Shown: piece by piece, positions 9,464 to 18,137 of the stretch | Position numbering within the stretch: position 1 is the first letter of the stretch | How the letters are laid out: every line of letters begins with the position of its first letter | Origin: Candidatus Vogelbacteria bacterium | GTDB lineage: Bacteria > Patescibacteriota > Minisyncoccia > Phycocordibacterales > XYD1-FULL-46-19 | Length of the DNA: 64,000 nucleotides | NCBI GenBank assembly: GCA_021414225.1 | Contig: JAIOOX010000002.1 | Span: 97,118 to 161,117 of the forward strand | Reading direction: 5' to 3' | Notes under the pieces: generated by a model | What the model was told of the DNA's origin: nothing | What the model saw: only the letters and a program-made list of their open reading frames with translations | The model's database searches: none | Translations under genes and position numbers: made by a program

Positions 9464-10489
9464 TTGCAAAATGGGTTTTTTCGGCTAAGCTATTGCGACA
9501 TGTCTAATAATTTCTGGCAAGCATTAAAGAAGCCAATTTTGGTTTTGGCGCCTATGGCCGATGTCACCGACGCGGCTTTTCGGCAGGTGATTGCTAAATA
9601 TTCTCGGCCAGCCGGACCAACGGTCTTTTTTACCGAGTTCACTTCGGCTGATGGTTTGTGTCATCCGTCTGGTCACGAAAAGTTATTAAGAGAGCTTTAC
9701 TTTGTACCTGAAGAAAAACCGATTGTCGCTCAACTCTTTTCGTCACGACCGGAGAAAATGTATGAGGCCTCTAAAATGGTGGCGGAACTTGGTTTTGACG
9801 GAGTGGATATTAATATGGGTTGTCCGGATAAGAATATTGAAAAACAAGGTTGTGGAGCGGCGATGATCAAAAATCCTAACCTGGCTCAAGAATTAATCAA
9901 AGCGGCTCAAGAAGGTTCTGGTTTGCCAGTGTCAGTCAAAACCCGGATTGGTTATAACAAAGTGGAGATTGATACCTGGATTCCCAAAATTATTGAAGCG
10001 AAGCCAGCTCTGCTAACTGTTCACTTACGCACTCGCAAAGAAATGTCACTCGTGCCAGCTCATTGGGAACTAATGCCGGAAGTCAAAAAAGTGGTTGGTG
10101 ATTCTGGTGTTCTATTGTTGGGTAATGGTGATGTAACTGATGTGGCTGACGCTAAAGCCAAGGTGGCGGAATATGGTATTGATGGAGTAATGCTCGGCCG
10201 AGCGATTTACGGCAACCCGTGGCTTTTTAGTGAACACGTGCCAACAATCACCGAACGACTCAATGTTTTAGTTGAACACTCAGAATTATTTGCCAAATTA
10301 TTCCGACCAGGGGAGACGAATGATAAATTATTCAACGGTCATACCAAAAGTTTTGCCATTATGAAAAAGCACTTTAAAGCCTATGTGAATGATTTTAGTC
10401 ATGCTCACGATCTGCGGGCCAAACTAATGGAAACTGAATCTGCTGATCAGGTGAGAGCCTTGGTGGCAGATTTTTTGAATCGGGGTTAG
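9464..10489 (+). CDS. dus: tRNA-dihydrouridine synthase
   Basis: LVLAPMADVTDAAFRQ, INMGCPDKNI..GCGAAM and VKTRIG motifs of Dus TIM-barrel flavoenzymes. The likely true start is the ATG at 9500 (MSNNFWQ...). Confidence 0.85.
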   Translation: MQNGFFRLSYCDMSNNFWQALKKPILVLAPMADVTDAAFRQVIAKYSRPAGPTVFFTEFTSADGLCHPSGHEKLLRELYFVPEEKPIVAQLFSSRPEKMYEASKMVAELGFDGVDINMGCPDKNIEKQGCGAAMIKNPNLAQELIKAAQEGSGLPVSVKTRIGYNKVEIDTWIPKIIEAKPALLTVHLRTRKEMSLVPAHWELMPEVKKVVGDSGVLLLGNGDVTDVADAKAKVAEYGIDGVMLGRAIYGNPWLFSEHVPTITERLNVLVEHSELFAKLFRPGETNDKLFNGHTKSFAIMKKHFKAYVNDFSHAHDLRAKLMETESADQVRALVADFLNRG

Positions 10490-10507
10490 TTTTGCTATAC
10501 TAACTCC

Positions 10508-11554
10508 ATGTCTGAACAATCACTTTATCGTAAGTACCGCCCTCAGAAGTTTAAGGAGGTGGTGGGACAAGAGCATATTGTCTCTGTCTTGGAAGGGGCT
10601 TTAGAGAACAAAACCACCGCTCATGCCTATCTCTTTGTGGGTTCTCGTGGAACTGGCAAAACTTCAGTGGCTCGAATTTTGGCTCGAGAACTAGGTTGCC
10701 ACCCGGAAGATTTGGTGGAAATCGATGCGGCTTCTAACCGTGGAGTGGAAGATGTCCGAGAATTGCGTGAAGGGGTGGCTAGTCTACCTTTTCGTTCACC
10801 GATCAAAGTCTATATTATCGATGAAGTGCACATGCTCACTCGGGAGGCTTTTAATGCTTTGCTCAAAACTCTCGAAGAGCCACCAGCTCACGTTGTCTTT
10901 ATCTTAGCCACCACTGATTTTCATAAAGTACCAGATACTATTATCTCGCGCTGTGAAGTGCATACTTTCCGTCGACCTAGTAACGAAGTGTTGACTGAGA
11001 CACTCAAAAAGATCGCCAAGAAAGAAGAATTGGCGATTGATACCGAATCTTTAGAATTGATTGCTTTGTTGGGAGATGGTTCTTTCCGTGACTCACTAGG
11101 TCTACTCCAAAAGGTGATGAGTTTGTCGAGTGATAAGAAAATAACTTCAGCCGAGGTGGCAACAATTACCGGGGCAGCGCCTTTGTCCCTAGTCCGTAGT
11201 ATGGTCTCGGCGATTCTTGATCAAAACTTGGAAGAAGCCCTTAAAACTGTTAAACAAGCGACTAGTGATAGTCGAGATATGAAAATTTTTCTCAAAATGT
11301 TATTGCGTCAAATTCGCTTAGTCATGCTGTTAGCTTTTGCGCCTGTCTTAGCTAAAGAAATGACCGCTGGTCTAGGGACTGATGAACAGAAGTGGTTGGC
11401 CGAAACCCAAACCCATCCCAAAGCTAAAGATTTACCAGGAGTGTTGCGAGAACTGCTCGAAGCTTATGAATTAACCACTTTTGCAGCGGTCCCTGAATTG
11501 CCATTAGAATTGGCTTTGATTAAATTGCTCCAAAACAATGACGGAACAAAATAA
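10508..11554 (+). CDS. dnaX: DNA polymerase III subunit gamma/tau (short form)
   Basis: Clamp-loader motifs: YRPQKFKEVVGQEHIV, FVGSRGTGKTSVARILA, IIDEVHMLT, SRC-like SRCEV. At 348 aa it is shorter than typical DnaX. Confidence 0.85.
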   Translation: MSEQSLYRKYRPQKFKEVVGQEHIVSVLEGALENKTTAHAYLFVGSRGTGKTSVARILARELGCHPEDLVEIDAASNRGVEDVRELREGVASLPFRSPIKVYIIDEVHMLTREAFNALLKTLEEPPAHVVFILATTDFHKVPDTIISRCEVHTFRRPSNEVLTETLKKIAKKEELAIDTESLELIALLGDGSFRDSLGLLQKVMSLSSDKKITSAEVATITGAAPLSLVRSMVSAILDQNLEEALKTVKQATSDSRDMKIFLKMLLRQIRLVMLLAFAPVLAKEMTAGLGTDEQKWLAETQTHPKAKDLPGVLRELLEAYELTTFAAVPELPLELALIKLLQNNDGTK

Positions 11555-12224
11555 TAAAAAAACATTTTATTTCGTGCGTCATGGTGAGAGTGAATCTAAT
11601 GCTGGTGGCTTGCGTCAGGGTGGTAATTCACCACTTACTCCAAAAGGTTTTAAACAGGCTGAAGTAATTGGTCGACGACTTGCTCAACTACCTGTTGATA
11701 TTGTTGTTTCAAGTGATTTTGTGCGAGCTAAACAAACAGCCGAAACCATAGCCGCTATTACTGGACATTCATCAATTACTGAATCAAGTTTATTGGTTGA
11801 GAGATCGATACCGAGTCGTTTCGACAACACTACTGTTCACGATCCAGAATCAAAAGATATTGTTTGGTTGATTCAGGGAAAATATGGAGATTTAGATTGG
11901 CGATGTGAAGATGCTGAAAGTGGTAGAGAATTAGTTGATCGAGCAAAAGCCGCCTTACAGTTTCTTGTGAGTTTGCCTCAAGATAATATTGCTGTGGTAA
12001 CGCATGGATATTTTATGCGCTTTTTGGTTGCGGAAATGATGTTTAAAGGAGAATTACATGGTGAACATTTGGTTAATTTTTTAGGTACTCTTATAACCAA
12101 AAACACCGGGATTACTATTTGCGAGTATCATTCAGCTAGGACTATCCCCTGGAAATTACTTACCTGGAATGACCATGCTCATCTGCAAGATCTGATCGAG
12201 GAATTGCCAGAAGGGCAAAAATAA
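11538..12224 (+). CDS. histidine phosphatase family protein (phosphoglycerate-mutase-like)
   Basis: N-terminal RHGES catalytic motif (FYFVRHGESESNA) and a distal VVTHGYF histidine motif. Confidence 0.75.
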   Translation: MTEQNNKKTFYFVRHGESESNAGGLRQGGNSPLTPKGFKQAEVIGRRLAQLPVDIVVSSDFVRAKQTAETIAAITGHSSITESSLLVERSIPSRFDNTTVHDPESKDIVWLIQGKYGDLDWRCEDAESGRELVDRAKAALQFLVSLPQDNIAVVTHGYFMRFLVAEMMFKGELHGEHLVNFLGTLITKNTGITICEYHSARTIPWKLLTWNDHAHLQDLIEELPEGQK

Positions 12225-12253
12225 GGCAGAATAATCAGGTATTTGTTTGATAT

Positions 12254-12327
12254 TGCCAGATCGTCTAACGGTAGGACAGCAGCCTTTGAAGCTGTTTATC
12301 TAGGTTCGATTCCTAGTCTGGCAGCCA
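12254..12327 (+). tRNA. tRNA-Gln (anticodon UUG)
   Basis: Manual cloverleaf fold: acceptor TGCCAGA/TCTGGCA, D-arm GTCT-AACGGTA-GGAC, anticodon stem GCAGC/GCTGT with loop CTTTGAA (anticodon TTG), T-arm TAGGTTCGATTCCTA, discriminator G, and an encoded CCA. Confidence 0.85.
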
Positions 12328-12453
12328 GGAGTTTTTTAATAAAAAAAACGACACAGATGTCAGACTAGGAGAGAGGGGTCGGGAGAGAAAGTCTCTCCCG
12401 TGGAGGAAGGTATGGGAGAACCGTGGGTTCCCCAGCTCCGTATGTCTGGCAGC
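12316..12453 (+). repeat. 10-bp direct repeat GTCTGGCAGC (tRNA-Gln 3' end at 12316-12325 repeated at 12444-12453)
   Basis: An exact 10-mer copy of the tRNA 3' acceptor/T-arm junction lies ~120 bp downstream. The two copies flank a GC-rich hairpin-dense stretch (12340-12443). This is an att-like signature. Confidence 0.5.
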
Positions 12454-12608
12454 GAATATGAGCTAGCACGAGTTACCTAGGTAAACGTGCAGGTTTCTAA
12501 TCAAATTTTAGCCTCAGCTAATTTAGCTTATTGTGTTAAAATGGTTCAAATGAAAGTTGTTAAAAAGAAGAATATTGAAGATCTTACTAAAAAACAATAA
12601 ACATCATT

Positions 12609-12794
12609 ATGGAAAATCAAAACGATACTTATAAAGCAGAAGTTTACTGCGGTAACTGTGATTTAAGAGAGGAGATTAATATACTCAAAGGTCAAACTAT
12701 TAATGAAACAAAGTGTCCAAATTGTGGTACGTGTGAACTTGACAAAGATCATAAAGCGGTAACATTAAGACCCTATATTGAAAATTACAGGTAG
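12609..12794 (+). CDS. small zinc-ribbon protein (CxxC...CPNCGTC)
   Basis: 61-aa ORF with two CxxC pairs. It is the first gene of a tightly packed AT-rich operon: its stop lies 3 nt before the next start. Confidence 0.55.
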   Translation: MENQNDTYKAEVYCGNCDLREEINILKGQTINETKCPNCGTCELDKDHKAVTLRPYIENYR

Positions 12795-12797
12795 ATT

Positions 12798-13397
12798 ATG
12801 AACGATAATGACTTAATAAGAGAGAATATTTTAAAGTATCTTTATAAGATAAATAAAGAGGCTTCTATTATAGATAGAACAAGGTGTAATGAACGTCAGA
12901 TCTTTCTTAATTTGCAAGAAAAACATTCTCGGCCTGAGGTAGTAAGTAATCTGGATTATTTAATAAAGACAGGTTGGGTTAAATTAGAGAAGATTAATAA
13001 ATTACCGTATTATTCGATTAGTGATAAGGGGATCAATCATTTTGAAGGATCGTCATTTTTTCAAAAATCTCATTGGGTAACTGGAATAAATATAAACAAT
13101 ATTCAAGGTGTTACAGTTATAGGAGATCACAATTTTGTGCATCAGGAATTTGGTGATTTATATAAAAATTTGGATCTTTTGAAGGAGGAAGTTACTAAAT
13201 CAGGAACTATTTCTGATGAAGATAAGCTCGATTATCAATCAGAAATAGAGACTATTAAAAGCCAGCTGGCTAAAAAAGAACCCAATAAGAATATCATAAA
13301 ACAAGCTTGGGCTGGGTTATCAGTGCTATCAACTCTTGAAGGTGTCGTACAGTTTTACCAAATGGCTGAAGAATATATAGAGCCGTTTTTAACATAA
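12798..13397 (+). CDS. hypothetical protein, possible N-terminal winged-helix domain
   Basis: 199 aa. The N-terminal ~85 aa have a wHTH-like pattern (ENILKYLYKINKEASIIDRTRCNERQIFLNLQEKHSRPEVVSNLDYLIKTGWVKLEK) and the C-terminus is coiled-coil-like. No confident family assignment. Confidence 0.5.
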   Translation: MNDNDLIRENILKYLYKINKEASIIDRTRCNERQIFLNLQEKHSRPEVVSNLDYLIKTGWVKLEKINKLPYYSISDKGINHFEGSSFFQKSHWVTGININNIQGVTVIGDHNFVHQEFGDLYKNLDLLKEEVTKSGTISDEDKLDYQSEIETIKSQLAKKEPNKNIIKQAWAGLSVLSTLEGVVQFYQMAEEYIEPFLT

Positions 13398-13987
13398 TGG
13401 ATGGTGTAGGAAATATCAAAGAATACCAAATAGCAGGTTTACTGCGTGTTGCTAATGAGCAATTGGCATATTGTAATTTGATTACGGAGTATCCTGGGCT
13501 TTCTAGTAAAAAGAACTTTGATCCCTTGTCAGCTGTAGATCAGTTCTATAAAAGTGTCTGCAATGTATTTTTTCACGACAGCTTATTAATCATTAGCTCT
13601 TTGCTTGATAGTAAGGATTCTAGAGTGATTGGGCTTTGGAATTGGAAAGACTTTACTAGTTATAAATCTTCTGAATTGAAACTCATAACAGATTCATTTA
13701 ATAATGGACCATTAAAAACAATAAGAGATCAGTTAATTGCTCATCAAGATGTAAGTAACCCTAATAATCAATTTCCAGATTCTAGAAGGACAGGAATTAT
13801 AAAGGAAAACCTTATCATGCTAGCTCAAAGCACCCTTGATAGCATTATTAATGAGTTTTGTGATTATGCACAAAAATTTAGTACCCCGTATAGTGAACAG
13901 TATTTTGATACAGAGGAAGCAAAAAATCAGCTAACCTCAGTAATGAGATTAGCTGTACCAACTCTAACTAATAATGATGTTATTTAA
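13397..13987 (+). CDS. hypothetical protein with possible HEPN-like Rx(4-6)H motif
   Basis: 196 aa. Its start overlaps the upstream stop (ATAATGG). It contains TIRDQLIAHQD, which fits the HEPN RNase signature Rx4-6H. This is a motif-level observation only. Confidence 0.5.
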   Translation: MDGVGNIKEYQIAGLLRVANEQLAYCNLITEYPGLSSKKNFDPLSAVDQFYKSVCNVFFHDSLLIISSLLDSKDSRVIGLWNWKDFTSYKSSELKLITDSFNNGPLKTIRDQLIAHQDVSNPNNQFPDSRRTGIIKENLIMLAQSTLDSIINEFCDYAQKFSTPYSEQYFDTEEAKNQLTSVMRLAVPTLTNNDVI

Positions 13988-14065
13988 AAAAGTTTCATAA
14001 TGTTTCACTTTTTAACGAGTATTAGATCTGTTGTTTTAGCAAGGGTATAGGAAATGATATAATTC

Positions 14066-14093
14066 AATGAATAATGAATAATGAATAATGAAA
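14066..14093 (+). repeat. tandem heptamer AATGAAT x3.5 spanning the start codon region
   Basis: AATGAAT AATGAAT AATGAAT AATGAAA. Each unit carries an ATG. The first two open 4-codon mini-ORFs (MNNE-stop) and the third is the ORF start at 14081. Confidence 0.8.
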
Positions 14094-14713
14094 AGGATTT
14101 GGGAGATCTTAACTCTACAATCGAGACCGGATACGTCAAAATATCCAAGCATGGGAATGCTCGACTCGCTAATCTCCAGGATGCCATTAGCTCTACAACA
14201 AAAGAACTCTTAGCTGTCTATTCAAATGATATGCGTAATTTAGGAATTGTGGCTGGTACGGTCGCGCCTTTTTCGCTCACTTTACTTGGAGCGAATCAAT
14301 TCGATATAAACAATTTAGCTTTAATGTTTGGATTTTCTTTTCTGCTTTATGCGATCATCTTATCTCAATTTTTTTTATTTAGACTTTCAGATGCTTATGA
14401 ACACAGAACGAGTCGAGCTGAAATTAGTTGGGTATTTGCACAATTTGGTCTTTGGCAAATGGAGGATGTTAACAATGACTCAACTAAACGAATAAATGGA
14501 ATGTTTGATTACCAAAAGAGGACCCGAGAGGTGGAGGGTCATCTTGGTCTAAACAACACTCCATCTCCACACCTCCTGGTTTTAAGAAAGAAACTACGTT
14601 CCTATAACCTAATTACGTTACTTCTCGTTACTTCTGGGATTATTCTAATCTTGGGATCGGTTGTAATAAACCCAATTTCTGCTTGGATAATCATAAACGT
14701 TTATAATCCATAG
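14081..14713 (+). CDS. hypothetical membrane protein (2-3 TM)
   Basis: 210-aa ORF. The hydrophobic segments are VAGTVAPFSLTLLGA, FGFSFLLYAIILSQFFLF and LITLLLVTSGIILILGSVVI. It is the last gene of the AT-rich cassette. Confidence 0.5.
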   Translation: MNNEKDLGDLNSTIETGYVKISKHGNARLANLQDAISSTTKELLAVYSNDMRNLGIVAGTVAPFSLTLLGANQFDINNLALMFGFSFLLYAIILSQFFLFRLSDAYEHRTSRAEISWVFAQFGLWQMEDVNNDSTKRINGMFDYQKRTREVEGHLGLNNTPSPHLLVLRKKLRSYNLITLLLVTSGIILILGSVVINPISAWIIINVYNP

Positions 14714-14864
14714 TGAACGAGACGCGTCGTTCCGATAAGCTAAACGAAGTAAGTGGGGCTTGATCGAAAACGGTTCTAGCTCGAGAAGGTCAGCCAACTT
14801 GAGATAGGTTCGGAGTCCGAGAAGTATTACAACTTTCTTGTGGATGAGTGTTATAATGCCAAAC

Positions 14865-15767
14865 ATGAAAAAGATAGCTATTACAGGTAATTTCCCCTTT
14901 ACTGAAGAGCAAAAGTCACGATTGGAAGCACTTGGAGAAGTTTCAACCGTCTCCAGTTTTTCTTCGTCAGAAGAATGGCTTTCATCTGTACAAGGTGCAG
15001 ATGTTATCCTGAGTGATGGTAGTTATCTTCTAGAAAATCTCTCAAATCTCAAGAATGTTTTTATAACATACCCATATATCGAACTTGGCGCATTCGATTC
15101 AGAGAAACTAAAAGCTAACGGAGTTGTGGTCGCTAATACCCAAGGAAGTAATCGTGACTCGATTATTGAATGGACTATGTTTATGATACTTTCGCTTTTT
15201 CGTAAGTTTCCGACATATTTAAATACTGCACAAAGTCACGAGTTCACTCTTAATCAAAGCTTGGCTGGAAAGAGAGTTCTTGTTGTTGGTAAAGGCAGTA
15301 TCGGTACTGGGATCGGTGAAGTCTGTCAGGGTTTTAAGATGGAAGTTGATTACTTTACGAGACAAGACGATTTAAAAACAAAGGCTGCTAATGCGGACTT
15401 GATTATCAATGCTCTTAATTGCAATTCCTCAAGCAAGAATCTACTAGATGAAGAATTTTTTATGTCATTGAAAAAAGGTAGTTATTATGTTTCCTTTGTT
15501 CGAGGATATACTTATGACATCGACGGAATGATCAGGTCGCTTGATTCGGACATTCTCGTTGGTGCTGGAATAGACTGCGATCCGGAAGATCCCTACGATG
15601 TAACAAATGCGTTCTATCAAAAGTGTGTCCAGCATAGAAAGATATTAGTTACACCTCATATTGCTTTTGCTACAAAAGAGGCAAGCGCGCAGGGGAGAGA
15701 AATAGCGATACAAAATATCGAAGCATATATTTCAGAAAAACCTCAAAACATTCTTACTAAAATTTAA
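14865..15767 (+). CDS. D-isomer-specific 2-hydroxyacid dehydrogenase family protein
   Basis: NAD-binding GKRVLVVGKGSIGTGIG Rossmann motif and the C-terminal catalytic region (VTPHIAF). The ORF track begins at 14838; the ATG at 14865 (MKKIAITG) is more plausible. Confidence 0.7.
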   Translation: MKKIAITGNFPFTEEQKSRLEALGEVSTVSSFSSSEEWLSSVQGADVILSDGSYLLENLSNLKNVFITYPYIELGAFDSEKLKANGVVVANTQGSNRDSIIEWTMFMILSLFRKFPTYLNTAQSHEFTLNQSLAGKRVLVVGKGSIGTGIGEVCQGFKMEVDYFTRQDDLKTKAANADLIINALNCNSSSKNLLDEEFFMSLKKGSYYVSFVRGYTYDIDGMIRSLDSDILVGAGIDCDPEDPYDVTNAFYQKCVQHRKILVTPHIAFATKEASAQGREIAIQNIEAYISEKPQNILTKI

Positions 15768-15787
15768 ATGAGAATTGCTCTATAGCT

Positions 15788-16198
15788 ATGAAAATCCTAT
15801 TTATCTGTCGTGGTAACGTGGGCCGGAGCCAAATAGCCGAAACCTTGGCTAAGTCTTTATTAGATGATAAACATATTATTACCTCAGCCGGAACTAAGCT
15901 GAGTGGCCCAGAACAGCCTATTGGAGAGTTGTCGCCCTCTACTGATAATGTTATTGAAGTGATGAAAGAAGAAGGTTTTGATGTGACTGGCAATCTACGG
16001 AAGCAGGTCACGGAAGAAATGGCAGAGGATGCTGACAAAATAATTTTGGTGGTAGATGACGATGATCCAATTCCAAACTACCTACTCAATAATCCCAAAG
16101 TCACTCGTTGGGATGTCCAAGATCCAAAAGGTCAGACACTTGAATTTACTCGCAATGTTAGAGATCAAATTAAAAGTAAGATAACCTCGTTAATTTAA
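15788..16198 (+). CDS. low-molecular-weight protein-tyrosine phosphatase / ArsC-family protein
   Basis: N-terminal CX5R P-loop (ILFICRGNVGRSQIAE) and a distal DP motif, as in LMW-PTP/ArsC. Confidence 0.75.
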   Translation: MKILFICRGNVGRSQIAETLAKSLLDDKHIITSAGTKLSGPEQPIGELSPSTDNVIEVMKEEGFDVTGNLRKQVTEEMAEDADKIILVVDDDDPIPNYLLNNPKVTRWDVQDPKGQTLEFTRNVRDQIKSKITSLI

Positions 16199-16200
16199 CT

Positions 16201-16572
16201 ATGGACAAAAAACCAGGCCGAACAGTTGCGTTTGATTTTGATGGAGTTATTGCAAATTACTCGGGCTTCAAAGGCAAAGATCATGCTGAAGAACCAATTG
16301 GAGAAACTATCAAGGCAATCAAACTGCTTAAAGAAAAAGAATTTAAAATTCTCCTCCATTCAACGCGCGGGGATGATTTTTTGCGCAATTATTGCACACA
16401 ATACGATATTCCTTTTGATTACATTAATCGAAGACCCGACAAAGAAGGGGACAACCCTGGTAAACCAATAGCGTATGTCTATGTAGATGATCGATCTATA
16501 TGCTTTAAGGGTCAGAAAGCTGAAGAGCTAGTGGAAGAGATTGATAACTTTAAAGCCTATTGGGAGGAATAA
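16201..16572 (+). CDS. HAD-superfamily phosphatase-like small protein
   Basis: HAD motif I DxDG(V/T) in VAFDFDGVIANYS. It may be a truncated form at 123 aa. Confidence 0.45.
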   Translation: MDKKPGRTVAFDFDGVIANYSGFKGKDHAEEPIGETIKAIKLLKEKEFKILLHSTRGDDFLRNYCTQYDIPFDYINRRPDKEGDNPGKPIAYVYVDDRSICFKGQKAEELVEEIDNFKAYWEE

Positions 16573-16692
16573 TAAAAATATACGAAGACTCATTGAATAT
16601 GTAAACTAACCCCAGTTCTAATTTTTTCTTTAAATAAACGTTTGTGATCGAAAATCCCGAGTTGTTTGGGGTGCTTATGGAGAAACTGTAAT

Positions 16693-16740
16693 GCCGCTTC
16701 TACCGACAGGCAAAAGTCGGGGAGGCGGCTTTTGTTGTTA
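16693..16740 (+). terminator. compound GC hairpin plus T-rich tract
   Basis: GCCGCTTC-TACCGAC-AGGCAAAA-GTCGGG-GAGGCGGC followed by TTTTGTTGTT. It lies at the left edge of the high-GC island, upstream of the lysA-like gene. Confidence 0.45.
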
Positions 16741-16848
16741 ATATTTACTTTACCTAAAAATGTGGTAGAAATATATCCGGACGCCAAGGTATGTATGCCT
16801 TGGTATTTTTGGAAACTAGAGGACCTTGAAAGAGGAGGATTTAGACAG

Positions 16849-18111
16849 ATGCCTATGTCAAAGGCGTTCGAGGACAGGCTACACCCTGATCTTCGAAAAA
16901 TCGCCGATCACTTCGGCACCCCCTTCCACATCTATGATGAGGCGGGGATCAAGGGGACTGGCAAACGCCTTAAACAAGCATTTGCGAATCTCCCGTCAGG
17001 TTTTGGGGAGTTTTTTGCGGTGAAGGCCCTGCCCAATCCGCGCATTCTCCAGATCATGTACGAAATGGGTTTCGGGTTTGACTGCAGCAGTATTCCCGAA
17101 CTTGTTTTGGCTCGCGAAGCCGGAGCCATGCCCGGTCAGATCATGTTCACGTCAAACAATACTTCGCAAGAAGAGTTTGACGCGGCTATGGCTGACGGCG
17201 GTTGCCGGCTCAATCTCGACGATATCAGCTTCATTTCGAAAGTACCGGAACCTTTTCCTCGCGGAATCTGTTTCCGGTACAACCCCGGCGAAAAGCGAAC
17301 CGGCAATGCCATCATCGGTAATCCGGTGGAGGCGAAGTATGGCGTGTCCGATGTCCAAATCGTGGACGCCTACGGCCAAGCCATTCTTCGGGGAGCCGAA
17401 TGCTTCGGGTTGCACACCATGCTCTGCTCGAACGAACGGAACTACACCTATATGGTGGAAACTATCAAGATGTTGCTCGAACTGGTCGAGCGGATCAGCT
17501 TGGCCCACAAGATCAAGTTCGACTACATCAATTTCGGCGGCGGTCTGGGAATACCCTATCGCCCCGAAGATAACCCGCTCGATCTAGAATCATTGGGCAA
17601 CGAAGCCTTTGGTTTGTTGGAAGCTTTCAAGCAGAAGCATGGCTACGCGCCGGAGTTGTGTATGGAAAGTGGTCGGTTTATGACCGGCCCTCACGGTGTT
17701 TTGGTGGCTGAAGCGATCAATCGCAAATCCACCTATCGTGAGTATGTCGGTGTCGATGCTTGCCAAACGGCACTCATGCGCCCGGCCCTCTACGATGCCT
17801 ATCACCACATCACAGTGCTTAATGGCGATGGCCGCCCCACTGAAGTGGTGGACATTGTCGGAGCCATCTGCGAAAACTGCGACAAGTTCGCCAAGCAACG
17901 CGAACTGCCGGTCATCAGCGAGGGTGATCTGCTGATGATCCACGACACTGGGGCTCATGGTCTGGCTATGGGCTTCAACTACAACGGTCGCTTGCGGCCG
18001 AAGGAACTTTTGCTTCGATCTGATGGAACGGTGGAACTCATCCGCCGAGCCGAAACCATTGACGATCTTTTCGCAACCTTAACCTTCGAACCCGAAAGCT
18101 TGGCGCTTTAA
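16849..18111 (+). CDS. lysA: diaminopimelate decarboxylase-like PLP enzyme (Orn/DAP/Arg decarboxylase family 2)
   Basis: An AGAGGAGGA Shine-Dalgarno precedes the ATG at 16849 (MPMSKAF...). Motifs include FAVKALPNP (PLP-lysine), GFGFDCSSIPEL, GGGLGIPY, ESGRFMTGPHG and DTGAHGLAMGFNYN. GC is ~58%, against ~40% in the flanks. Confidence 0.8.
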   Translation: MPMSKAFEDRLHPDLRKIADHFGTPFHIYDEAGIKGTGKRLKQAFANLPSGFGEFFAVKALPNPRILQIMYEMGFGFDCSSIPELVLAREAGAMPGQIMFTSNNTSQEEFDAAMADGGCRLNLDDISFISKVPEPFPRGICFRYNPGEKRTGNAIIGNPVEAKYGVSDVQIVDAYGQAILRGAECFGLHTMLCSNERNYTYMVETIKMLLELVERISLAHKIKFDYINFGGGLGIPYRPEDNPLDLESLGNEAFGLLEAFKQKHGYAPELCMESGRFMTGPHGVLVAEAINRKSTYREYVGVDACQTALMRPALYDAYHHITVLNGDGRPTEVVDIVGAICENCDKFAKQRELPVISEGDLLMIHDTGAHGLAMGFNYNGRLRPKELLLRSDGTVELIRRAETIDDLFATLTFEPESLAL

Positions 18112-18137
18112 CGCCAGGAAAAAGTGAGGAATCTGAA

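Noticed and set aside
16600-16850. Possible lysine riboswitch (L-box) upstream of the lysA-like gene
   Set aside because: The space is only ~150 nt and I could not find the L-box conserved blocks. What is present looks like a plain compound hairpin plus T-tract.
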